Source: Candidatus Obscuribacter sp. (GTDB taxonomy: Bacteria > Cyanobacteriota > Vampirovibrionia > Obscuribacterales > Obscuribacteraceae). From it: a stretch of 64,000 nucleotides of DNA. The stretch spans positions 10,786 to 74,785 of the forward strand of contig JADYXR010000001.1 of the NCBI GenBank assembly GCA_021772095.1, read 5' to 3'. A program made the position numbers and the translations under genes. This document shows positions 27,575 through 36,289 of the stretch, piece by piece (the stretch's first letter is position 1; every line of letters starts with the position of its first letter). The notes beneath the pieces are model-generated. The model did not search any database. It saw only the letters and a program-made list of their open reading frames with translations, and was not told where the DNA came from.

Positions 27575-29812
27575 TTATTCCTCGTCGCCGTGCTCTTCAG
27601 AAGAGCCTTCGGTGCTGGAATCAGCATGAGAGAAGGCGCCAATCTTGAGTTGATCGAAGCCCTGTTCTTCTTTGTCATCGCCACCATCTGCGGTGTCGGT
27701 CGATTGCTCGTGCGACTCTCCGTGGGTGGTGTCGGATTCTTGGCTCACGAGTTGAAAGTTTTGACGAATTGATTCGTCGCCCTGGTTTTGATCGTGGCTG
27801 TGGTCATGCGAATGATCGTGAGCGTGTCCATGGTCGCCATGAGCTTCTCCGACCGGTCCTGACTCTTCGTTCTCATCGTCTTCCTGCTCAGGCTTCTTGG
27901 CGAGCGTGAATACTCCGCTTACTCCGCTTTCGACGGCTTCGTAGGGGCTGGGCGTGATTTCCGGCGTCCAATCCACCTCCGCTTCCACTACTTCATTTTC
28001 ACCAGTTTCTTCATCTTCGTCTTCGTCGTCAGAAACGGAAGGTGCGTTATGAGTTACCGGATTATATTCTTCGATCACCAGATCGCGATACGAAGAAGTC
28101 GAAGGTGTGGATGGGAAAGCAGGTGCTGGAGCGGCTTCATAAGAAGCTGTCGGAGGCGGGGTTGGTGCATTACCAACTCCAATTTCCTGGAAAACCTCTT
28201 CGACTGCCGAGATGCTGTTGGACAATTCTCGTGATGAAGAATCATCATCTTCCACTGAAGCTTCGTAACGACTAACTTTAGCAATGCCTGCTTCTTTTTC
28301 AACTTCAAGAGTGGCGTCATCGTTAGAATCGTCGGAATCATCATCATCGTCTTCGTCGCCGAATTCGGCTTCGCCTTGACGAGGACGACCACGGCCGCGG
28401 TCACGAGTATCGAGAAGTTCTTCCGGCATTTGAGCGAGAATTTCTTCAGGAACGTCCAGCACTTCTTCGCCATTGGTTACTGTCTGAGTGATACGACCAC
28501 CAGATGCGGTGGCTGATTTGAGAACAGATCCGGAGCGCGATCCACCGCGTTTTTTCGGTTGTGCTTCTTCGTCCTGTCTCAGGCCGATCACTTTGCGAGT
28601 GTCGCCGGAGCCCACTTCGAGCATGGCGAGAACGCCCTGTCCTGTGCAATGCGAGCATTCTTGCGTAAAGAGTTCTCTCAAGCTTTGACCTTGTCTGCGA
28701 CGAGTCAGTTCGACCAGACCCAGATCGGAAAGTTGTCCGATTTGTGGTTTCGCGCGATCGTCTTCGAGCGCGCGTGTGAATTGCTCCAACACTTGCTGTT
28801 GATCTTTGCGGCTTTCCATGTCGATGAAGTCGACAATAACCATGCCGCCAATGTTGCGCAGTCTGAGCTGACGCGGAATTTCTTGGGCCGCTTCTAAGTT
28901 CGTCCGTCTCACCGTTTCGGCTTGCGTACGCGAGCTGGTGAAACGACCGGAGTTGACGTCGATTACCGTGAGCGCTTCAGTCGGTTGAATATTCAAGTGA
29001 CCGCCGCTTGGCAGCTCAGCTCTGTCGGTGAGCGCGGCTTCAATTTCATGATCGATGCCTTTTGCCACCAGAATAGATTCTTGATCGGTGTGGAAAGATA
29101 CTTTCGTGTTCTTGCTCGCCCAACCGGACAAGTACTCTTGAGCACGTTTTTGCCCATCAGGACTATCAACGATAATGTCGGTAACTTCGTGCGAATAAGC
29201 GTCACGAATAACTCTGAAAAGCAGATCCTGATCGCGATATATAAGAAGAGGTCCGATCGAAGCTTCCGCTTCGGAGACCACGGTTTGCCAGGTATCCCAC
29301 AATTGTTGGAAGTCTTCGAAGAGTTCATCTTCGCCCTGACCTTTCGCTTCGGTTCTAATAATTATGCCGACGCCCGGAGGCTTCATCAAGTTGACGACGG
29401 CTTTCAGTCTGGCGCGTTCGCGTGATTCTGAAATCCGTCTCGAGATCGAGACTCCGCGCTCTTCCGGTACCAGTACCAGAAAACGTCCAGGCAAACTGAT
29501 CGCCGTAGACACCCGAGGTCCTTTGTGACCGGTAGGTTCTTTTGTGATTTGAACCAGCAATTTTTGTTTCGGCACAAGGCGCTCTTTCAGCGGTCCTTGA
29601 CCAGGCACATCATTGGCGTGCAAAAATCCCATTTTGTCTTTGCCAAGATTTACGAATGCGGCATCGATGCCGGGGAGAATATTTTCAACAGTACAGGTAT
29701 AGATATCGCCGAGAAGCAATTCGCCACGATTGACGAAAAACTCGCATACTCTGTCATTCTCGAGTAATGCTGCGATGTTATCTTGTTCTGAAATTACAAG
29801 TGACTTTCTCAT
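27575..29812 (-). CDS. rne: Ribonuclease E/G family endoribonuclease with long acidic, His-rich C-terminal tail
   Basis: N-terminal S1 plus catalytic core: GDIYTCTVENILPGIDAAFVNLGKDKMGFLH, GIIIRTEA, LTVIDVNSG, GGMVIVDFIDM. The C-terminal ~300 aa is D/E-rich and includes HGDHGHAHDHSHDHSHD. Confidence 0.9.
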   Translation of the reverse strand: MRKSLVISEQDNIAALLENDRVCEFFVNRGELLLGDIYTCTVENILPGIDAAFVNLGKDKMGFLHANDVPGQGPLKERLVPKQKLLVQITKEPTGHKGPRVSTAISLPGRFLVLVPEERGVSISRRISESRERARLKAVVNLMKPPGVGIIIRTEAKGQGEDELFEDFQQLWDTWQTVVSEAEASIGPLLIYRDQDLLFRVIRDAYSHEVTDIIVDSPDGQKRAQEYLSGWASKNTKVSFHTDQESILVAKGIDHEIEAALTDRAELPSGGHLNIQPTEALTVIDVNSGRFTSSRTQAETVRRTNLEAAQEIPRQLRLRNIGGMVIVDFIDMESRKDQQQVLEQFTRALEDDRAKPQIGQLSDLGLVELTRRRQGQSLRELFTQECSHCTGQGVLAMLEVGSGDTRKVIGLRQDEEAQPKKRGGSRSGSVLKSATASGGRITQTVTNGEEVLDVPEEILAQMPEELLDTRDRGRGRPRQGEAEFGDEDDDDDSDDSNDDATLEVEKEAGIAKVSRYEASVEDDDSSSRELSNSISAVEEVFQEIGVGNAPTPPPTASYEAAPAPAFPSTPSTSSYRDLVIEEYNPVTHNAPSVSDDEDEDEETGENEVVEAEVDWTPEITPSPYEAVESGVSGVFTLAKKPEQEDDENEESGPVGEAHGDHGHAHDHSHDHSHDQNQGDESIRQNFQLVSQESDTTHGESHEQSTDTADGGDDKEEQGFDQLKIGAFSHADSSTEGSSEEHGDEE

Positions 29813-29851
29813 AAGTTCCTCAAACTAGTTATACAAACTTAAATCACCGAA

Positions 29852-32773
29852 CTAAGTGGTCTGTAGAATTTTCGATTCTTCTATAGATTGGTTCGGTTTG
29901 TCGTAACTAAGCAATGGGGCTCCGTCGGCTGCTTTCAGCGCGAGCCTGGTGAGCTTCCAGCGTAACTGCGTATCAATGCTTTCTAAAACCTCGAGAGGTT
30001 TTACGTGTGATTGCGGACTGCAAGCAAGCTCCATCTCAAGCGTAACTGGCAATCCATCTTTGACATTAAGAGACTTGATACCATCTCTGATGTCCCGATG
30101 CTCCGGAACTTCTTTACGGTTTCGCTTATTTTGGCTTTTCCGTTTAGCGTTTTCCGAAGTTTTCACTAAAATCGATTCTTGGGCGAGAAGCTCTGAGACC
30201 CGCGTCTTGAGCCTGTCTAACTCGACAGCATTCGGTGCGTCAACTCCATCGGAGTCGGCGAGCACCGCGCTGTACACGGCCGAATTGAGAACCGCCGACA
30301 ATGATTGCGTCGGTCTCTCGGTCAGGCAAATGACTTCTTGAATTTGCACTTCAGGAGGCAATTGCCGGTTGATTCTGCTTTTGAATTCCTCGGATGTGAG
30401 GCCTTCAGCAAGCTCTAGCTCCGCTATTTCTCCTTCACCTTCAAAATAAAGAGGAAGGGGACTGGCAAGAGAGAGCTTGGGTTGTGGGTTGAAACCTTGT
30501 GAGTATGCCAGGTTAAGACCGGCACGCCGGGCTGCTCGGACGAGCAGCGATTGCATATCGAGGTGACCGACAAAACGAAGGTCACCACGTTTGGTGAACA
30601 GAAAACGCAAGCGCGTTAACGTATCGGTGGAAGGAGCGTCCGGCTTCTGTTGCACGAACAGAGACGGATGCGAGTCCTCATCAGGGTTTGCGTTCAATTC
30701 TTGAACGAACGGCAATTCTTTGACGAAGCGATTTTTCTTCATCACGTCAGGGTTTGGTTCTGCCAGATGATGTTCGGTATCGAGTTCGGTGCAAACACCA
30801 CAGGCGTGACAAGTGTTCTCGGTGCAATTTGCAGTTTCCTGCATCGCGATCGCTTTTTCCCATTCTTTGACCAGCCACCAGGTGTGCAAGCCGATGTGGA
30901 CGATGTCCCAGGGTTGAGCAGATCCGACTTCGCGATCCGTGCAAGCGATTTCTTCTAAAGTAGTGTTCAGTTCGGCGGCAACTTCATGCCAGATATGAGG
31001 TTGAAAACGATCGTCCCATGCATCGAACGTGCAACCTTTTTTCCAGGCGCGATAAATGATCTCCGCCATCTCACGACCACCGCGCGAAATGACTGATTCG
31101 AGCAATGTGATCTCGACGTCGGTTTTATTCAACTGCACATTGCCCAGACCCGAGTCTCTGAGCGCTTGATGGAGGACTTCGTGTTTGCGTTTGGTTTCTT
31201 CACGAGTAACTAAACCAAACCATTGGAAAGGCGTGAATGGTTTTGGAACGAAGTTCGAAATCGTGCAAGTGAACTCCATACCTTTTTTATATTTTTCTGT
31301 ATCGCTCTTGCGAATTTTGCGACACATCATCGTCGCTTCTTTCAAGATATCGATGATGCCGACCAGATCTTCATCTTGTTCGGTCGGCATGCAGCACATG
31401 AAGTAGAGCTTCACGGATGTCCAACCCGACTTGAACGCGGATTCTATAGCCGAAAGGATTTGTTCGTGCTTCAAACCTTTATTGATGACCAGACGCATTC
31501 TCTCCGTTCCAGCTTCTGGTGCCAGAGTGATACCACTTCTGCGAACGGTCGCCAACTCTTCGGCGATGTCCATGTTCATTCTGTCTGCCCGTTGGCTTGG
31601 GAATGAAAGTGAAGCGCGCGCTTGGCTGTGCTCACGATTGAGATTGCGGGCGGCGTCGTACAAACTTGTGTAGTCGGAAACGCACAGTGACAAAAGCGAA
31701 TATTCGTCATGACCGCTGTTGGCCAGAGCCTTTTTCGACAAATCAACAATGTCGGCGGCAGAACGTTCTCTTACCGGGAGAAACGTGTAACCCGGCTGGC
31801 AGAAACGGCATCCGCGATCGCATCCTCTTCTGACTTCGAGAACTTCGCGATCGTGAATCAATGACAGATATGGAACGAGTGAATTAACAGGTTGATTATC
31901 GTTGTTGAGTGGTGCCACCTGACGATAAACTCTGGACGGAATTCCCGTTGTCTCGCCCTTTGAATCTATTTCAAAGACCGACTCGATTCGTTCCAAAACA
32001 GCATTACCGGCGGTATCACCGAGATAATCTCTCAACTGTTGCATATCGAATTTGGAGACGCAATTTTCGCCTGCTTTCAGCTCATAGAGCGCCGGCACAT
32101 AAACACCCGGCACGTTGCAAGCGAGAGCCCAGAGCAAACGTTTTCTCGCCTTTTCCGTAGTCGAGGCATCTAAAGTTTCGCCCTCAATAGCCTTTTTGAA
32201 TTTTTCAATTTCGCGCATGGCGTGAGGAACCATCTCCTCACCGTCGCCAATCATATAGAGATCGAGGAAGCGTGCCATCGGCTCCGGATTGACAGAAGAA
32301 GGGCCGCCGCCGAATATCAAAGGGAAGATTTCAGTTCGATCTTTGGCTTCCACGGGAATGTGGGCGAGCTCCAGCATATTTAATACGTTGGTGTAAGTCA
32401 GTTCGTATTGCAGCGAGAAGCCGATCAATTCAAAATCTTTGACCGGTCTGCGCGACTCCCAGGACCAGAGCGGCAAATTGCGCTCGCGCAAGAGGCTCTC
32501 CATATCGGAAGCAGGCGCGTAAGTTCGGTCGACCATCAAGCCGTCGATGGCGTTGATGACTTTGTACAAAATCTTCAGACCGAAGTTGGACATGCCAAGT
32601 TCGTAAGTATCGGGGAAAGCCAGAGCCAGTCGCACCGTGGACGTATCGAATGATTTGCGCAGTGCGCCCCATTCATTGCCAAGATACTGACCGGGTTTAT
32701 TGACCCGATGGAGAAGATCTTCAGTTAAGGTGGTGGAAAATTGTTTTGAGTTCACTTGGGTCGCTGCCTTCAA
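29852..32773 (-). CDS. B12-binding-domain radical SAM protein fused to a DUF2344-like (radical-SAM-associated) C-terminal domain
   Basis: The N-terminus VNKPGQYLGNEWG and the radical-SAM cluster motif GCDRGCRFCQPG (CxxxCxxC). The C-terminal part LRFLFTKRGDLRFVGHLDMQSLLVRAARRAGLNLAYSQGFNPQPKLSLASPLPL is typical of the DUF2344/TIGR03936-like family. Start is TTG 32773 or GTG 32755. Confidence 0.8.
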   Translation of the reverse strand: MKAATQVNSKQFSTTLTEDLLHRVNKPGQYLGNEWGALRKSFDTSTVRLALAFPDTYELGMSNFGLKILYKVINAIDGLMVDRTYAPASDMESLLRERNLPLWSWESRRPVKDFELIGFSLQYELTYTNVLNMLELAHIPVEAKDRTEIFPLIFGGGPSSVNPEPMARFLDLYMIGDGEEMVPHAMREIEKFKKAIEGETLDASTTEKARKRLLWALACNVPGVYVPALYELKAGENCVSKFDMQQLRDYLGDTAGNAVLERIESVFEIDSKGETTGIPSRVYRQVAPLNNDNQPVNSLVPYLSLIHDREVLEVRRGCDRGCRFCQPGYTFLPVRERSAADIVDLSKKALANSGHDEYSLLSLCVSDYTSLYDAARNLNREHSQARASLSFPSQRADRMNMDIAEELATVRRSGITLAPEAGTERMRLVINKGLKHEQILSAIESAFKSGWTSVKLYFMCCMPTEQDEDLVGIIDILKEATMMCRKIRKSDTEKYKKGMEFTCTISNFVPKPFTPFQWFGLVTREETKRKHEVLHQALRDSGLGNVQLNKTDVEITLLESVISRGGREMAEIIYRAWKKGCTFDAWDDRFQPHIWHEVAAELNTTLEEIACTDREVGSAQPWDIVHIGLHTWWLVKEWEKAIAMQETANCTENTCHACGVCTELDTEHHLAEPNPDVMKKNRFVKELPFVQELNANPDEDSHPSLFVQQKPDAPSTDTLTRLRFLFTKRGDLRFVGHLDMQSLLVRAARRAGLNLAYSQGFNPQPKLSLASPLPLYFEGEGEIAELELAEGLTSEEFKSRINRQLPPEVQIQEVICLTERPTQSLSAVLNSAVYSAVLADSDGVDAPNAVELDRLKTRVSELLAQESILVKTSENAKRKSQNKRNRKEVPEHRDIRDGIKSLNVKDGLPVTLEMELACSPQSHVKPLEVLESIDTQLRWKLTRLALKAADGAPLLSYDKPNQSIEESKILQTT

Positions 32774-33318
32774 TCCAGTGCAGGCACAGGTTGAGACGCA
32801 GGTGGAAACTGAGATAAATCAGCGTTGAGGCTGCGCCCCTTCGCGTGTTCGTAAGCAAAACGCTTCGCTTGCGCACCAGAAGCCAATCTTGGCTTCAGAC
32901 GAATTAACCTGTAATCACCCGACGTTCCGGGATCTCGCCTCCCTGAGCAAGCTCGCGAGGGCACAGGAGATATTTGAAATTGACTACAGCTTTCTTGAGT
33001 GAGCCTGACTGGTACTCAAGTGACTTAATTATAACCCTTATAGGCTATGGATTTTTACATTGATTAGAGCTTGAGAAAGTTTAATATGCCAAAACGGGTG
33101 CATTTAATGACTGGAGCAGGGGTTCGGCGATTTCGTCCTTGTCACGTAAGGAAACAATTGCTTTCAAGATGGCGATTCAAGCCCAAAAGTTCGTAAGTTT
33201 CGAAACTCTGGGAATTTAACTATGAGGAAGCCCTAGATTGCTTGACTACCGTGATATATTCGCAATTGAGAGTCTTGAAAAAAGAGGTCCGCAAGATTTT
33301 AAGAAGAAGGATTGATCC

Positions 33319-33720
33319 GTGATACTGGAGGCGTTCTCAAAATATCTGCATGAGTCGGACCAGACACTTCCGTCTATGGAAGTCCTGTCGCGGTGGCTCT
33401 GGGAAAAATTGAGCATGCCGCCACAATGCAACGTCGATCAAGTCATTCATTGCGAGATCATTATCTGCCGTCAAGACCCTTCCGAAGGTGACACCACCGA
33501 TTGCGACATCTTCATTCCGCAAATCGAAAATGACCTCGAGCAAGTCGAATCGTCCTTCGTGTTCAAAGGCAATTCGAAATCCGGCGAACGTTTACTAAAT
33601 AGTTTAAGAACCTACGGTCAAAGCTACGAGCAGCAAAAGTGGGCTCGCTGGATTCACAACATCAAAGCAAGTGATTTCAGCGGCAGCGACGCTCGCAAAC
33701 TGGACGATAATTTCGACTAG
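33319..33720 (+). CDS. Hypothetical protein
   Basis: 133-codon ORF with a GTG start and no recognisable motif. Coding status rests on length and its position in a gap only. Confidence 0.35.
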   Translation: MILEAFSKYLHESDQTLPSMEVLSRWLWEKLSMPPQCNVDQVIHCEIIICRQDPSEGDTTDCDIFIPQIENDLEQVESSFVFKGNSKSGERLLNSLRTYGQSYEQQKWARWIHNIKASDFSGSDARKLDDNFD

Positions 33721-33846
33721 AATTGTGTTTCCTTTTGGCGACCAAGCTTCCGTTTGCACGGGAACTAATTTGCCGGGATAATGTCCTTGAGAGTATTGCC
33801 GAGTACGTTGTTACGAGGCACTGATTAGCATCGAAACCCATTACGA

Positions 33847-34329
33847 ATGGTTGGTATGAACAAAATAGATCGGAATCGAATTTCTGTCACCGCGGTGCTA
33901 TTAGCGGCTATCATCGCTCCGATGGCGGCAAGCGCGGCAGAGAATCTGTCTCTTCGAAAAGGTGTTTCTTTTACCGACGATAAAGACAATGGTTTTCCAA
34001 TTCTCGCGGACAAGATTGAGGATGCCACTATAGGCAGTGGCAAGCCGACTTTCATCTTTTTTGGTGCATCCGGTGATTTGAATACAAATCGTCAGGCGAA
34101 AAGATTGGTCGGGCTATATAACAAGTTCAAAACCAAGAATTTAAAATTTATTGTGATTGATGTCGATCATGCGGCTAATCCGCAAGCGACTGAACTGATC
34201 AAGAAGCACTACAAGGGCTACATTCCGTGCCAAGTTCTGCTGGATAATGCCGGCACTTCCACCTGGTCGAAGTCGGGCGAAATTCCTGAAGGCGATGTCG
34301 CCAAAGAAATCGAAGCGCGCGTCAAGTAG
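33847..34329 (+). CDS. Exported thioredoxin-fold-like protein lacking the CxxC motif
   Basis: Signal-like VTAVLLAAIIAPMAASAAE. Then KPTFIFFGASGDLNTNRQAKRL...KFIVIDVDH, which resembles a thioredoxin-like beta-alpha-beta core but has ASGD where WCxxC would sit. Confidence 0.45.
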   Translation: MVGMNKIDRNRISVTAVLLAAIIAPMAASAAENLSLRKGVSFTDDKDNGFPILADKIEDATIGSGKPTFIFFGASGDLNTNRQAKRLVGLYNKFKTKNLKFIVIDVDHAANPQATELIKKHYKGYIPCQVLLDNAGTSTWSKSGEIPEGDVAKEIEARVK

Positions 34330-34336
34330 TCGAATA

Positions 34337-34590
34337 GTGGAGCGTAAACGGCGGCTCTGGCTGTTTCACCGGCGTCGTGTCATTTGAACGTTGTCGCGTC
34401 ATTTGAACGGAGTCGCGTCATTCGAAGCGCCTTGTCATGGAACGTCGTCTCGTGATTCGAACGAGCCGCTTTTAAGCGTCGTCCGTCGTTCCAATTCCGC
34501 CGGCATTCGATCATTAGATCGGCCATTTATTGTTTCAACGGTCTCATTTGAACATCCTCGCGTCAGCAAACGGCGTCATTTAAAAACGGC
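34337..34590. repeat. Degenerate tandem array of ~15-23-bp units with core GTCATTTGAACG
   Basis: Exact GTCATTTGAACG at 34379-34390 and 34398-34409. Variants: GTCATTCGAAGCG 34417-34429, GTCATGGAACG 34434-34444, GTGATTCGAACG 34452-34463, CTCATTTGAAC 34543-34553, GTCATTTAAAAACGG 34575-34589. Weaker units (e.g. TGTTTCAACGG, CGTCAGCAAACGG, CTGTTTCACCGG) lie between them. Confidence 0.6.
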
Positions 34591-35425
34591 GCTGCTTGAG
34601 CTTCACTATCACGTCGGGCGGAACGGGAATCGTGCCCATCAATGACTCGTGCTCGCCCCATGGTCCATGACAATCAGAACCGCCGGTTATGAGAAGATTC
34701 AGTCGCTCAGCCAGTTTCAAATGGCTCGCTTCGTGCTGCGGTTGATGCGCGCTATGGTAAACCTCGATGCCGTCGAGACCATGTTTCGACAAATCGACAA
34801 TTAAGCTGGTCAAATCAGCGCAGTAGCTCGGATGAGCAATCGATGTGATGCCGCCGGCTGCGCGGATTGCCTCAATCGCTTCGAATGGAGAAACACTTTC
34901 TCGTTTCACGTAATACTTTGATTTACGGTCATAGAATTTCGTGTACGCTTCGGTCACATCGCTTGCACCACCGCATGAGACGATTGCCTGAGTGACGTGC
35001 ACCTTGCCGATTGGGCTGCCATCAGCGATTTCATGAATCGCCTGAAAAGATATCTTCATACCTTCCGCAGCAAGAATATCGACTAGTTTTCGAACGTGCT
35101 CGTTTCTCGCCTCTTGTTGTCGTTTCAGAAGAGCGAGCAGAGTTTCGTTTTCTTTATCAATGAAATATCCAAGGATGTGAACATCCTGCGAAACACCGCT
35201 CTTGTCTGTCCAAACGGTGTTTATTTCTAAGGCAGGAACAACCTCCAATTTTCCGTCAGCACTAGCCAGCGCCTCATCGATACCACTGACGGTATCATGA
35301 TCGGTTAGCGCAATCGTATCCATGCCAATGTTAATTGCATGTGCCACCAGTTGTGATGGCGTCCAGTTTCCATCAGAATGAGTGGAATGCAGATGAAGGT
35401 CGATTTTCATGGCGACTGGATTCAA
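34580..35425 (-). CDS. PHP-domain phosphoesterase (TrpH/YciV-like)
   Basis: MKIDLHLHSTHSDGNWTPSQLV, ALTDHDTVSG, IAHPS, and GGSDCHG near the C-terminus. Start is ATG 35425 or ATG 35407. Confidence 0.8.
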   Translation of the reverse strand: MNPVAMKIDLHLHSTHSDGNWTPSQLVAHAINIGMDTIALTDHDTVSGIDEALASADGKLEVVPALEINTVWTDKSGVSQDVHILGYFIDKENETLLALLKRQQEARNEHVRKLVDILAAEGMKISFQAIHEIADGSPIGKVHVTQAIVSCGGASDVTEAYTKFYDRKSKYYVKRESVSPFEAIEAIRAAGGITSIAHPSYCADLTSLIVDLSKHGLDGIEVYHSAHQPQHEASHLKLAERLNLLITGGSDCHGPWGEHESLMGTIPVPPDVIVKLKQRRF

Positions 35426-36249
35426 TCTTCTTCGTCGGATGCAACAAACGCGTCGTCGTTAACCATCACGCGCGTTATACTCGTTGCTTTTTTGGTTTCG
35501 CGATCGATCTCAATCCGCACGCCATTCAACTGCGCCGGTCCACTGGCGATACTGAGCCGAGTCGGCAACTGTTGCACCATTCGACGAAACACGGTCTTCG
35601 GGTCCATGCCGATCACGCTGTTCACAGGTCCGCAGCACCCGACATCAGTTATGTACGCGGTGCCATTCTGTAATATTCGTTCATCTGCGGTTTGGACGTG
35701 AGTGTGCGTTCCAACAACCGCGGCCACTCTGCCGTCCAGGTACATTCCCATCGCAACTTTTTCAGCGGTTGCTTCCGCGTGCATATCGACCATGACGGCG
35801 TCACATTCGGAAATTAAACCAGGAAGAAGCTCATCGGCAGTGTGAAACGGCGATTGCAACGGTTCCATAAACACACGCCCAAGTAAATTTAAAAATCCGA
35901 ATTTGAAACCATTAATGTCGACGACACAAGTGCCACGTCCAGGCGTGCCAGGTGGATAATTCGCCGGTCGCAAAAGCGTCGGGTAACGATCCATGATCTC
36001 GAAAATTTCTTTCTTATCGAAGGTGTGGTTACCGCCCGAAAACACGCCCACACCAGCGGTTTGCAACTCGTGCATGACCTTCGAGGTGACACCATACCCG
36101 TGCGCCGCATTCTCAACGTTTGCTATCACTAGATCAGGAGGTTGCGACGAAGCCAATTGTTCTGTGACATACTTAGCAACAAGCAACCGACCCGGTCTAC
36201 CGATAATGTCGCCAAGAAAAAGTATGTTGAACGTGCTGTTTTTGCCCAT
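35422..36249 (-). CDS. ymdB: YmdB-type metallophosphoesterase (TIGR00282-like 2',3'-cyclic-nucleotide phosphodiesterase family)
   Basis: FNILFLGDIIGRPGR, DLVIANVENAAHGYGVT, GGNHTFDKKE, DMHAEATAEK, GTHTHVQTADERIL. The ATG at 36249 removes a non-conserved N-terminal extension in the track ORF. Its stop overlaps the PHP gene start by 4 nt. Confidence 0.85.
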   Translation of the reverse strand: MGKNSTFNILFLGDIIGRPGRLLVAKYVTEQLASSQPPDLVIANVENAAHGYGVTSKVMHELQTAGVGVFSGGNHTFDKKEIFEIMDRYPTLLRPANYPPGTPGRGTCVVDINGFKFGFLNLLGRVFMEPLQSPFHTADELLPGLISECDAVMVDMHAEATAEKVAMGMYLDGRVAAVVGTHTHVQTADERILQNGTAYITDVGCCGPVNSVIGMDPKTVFRRMVQQLPTRLSIASGPAQLNGVRIEIDRETKKATSITRVMVNDDAFVASDEED

Positions 36250-36289
36250 CTGATAGAGAATACCCGAAAGGTAACGTAGAGGCCCATGA

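Noticed and set aside
32774-33026. Cobalamin riboswitch upstream of the B12-binding radical SAM gene
   Set aside because: I looked for a B12-box-like element (GCCACTG core and the conserved GGTG...AATCC context) in the minus-strand leader and found none. Only generic hairpins are present. An Infernal scan would settle this.
34337-34590. Tandem repeat array considered as a CRISPR array
   Set aside because: The units are 15-23 bp, contiguous and degenerate, with no alternation of constant repeats and unique spacers. No cas genes are in the window.
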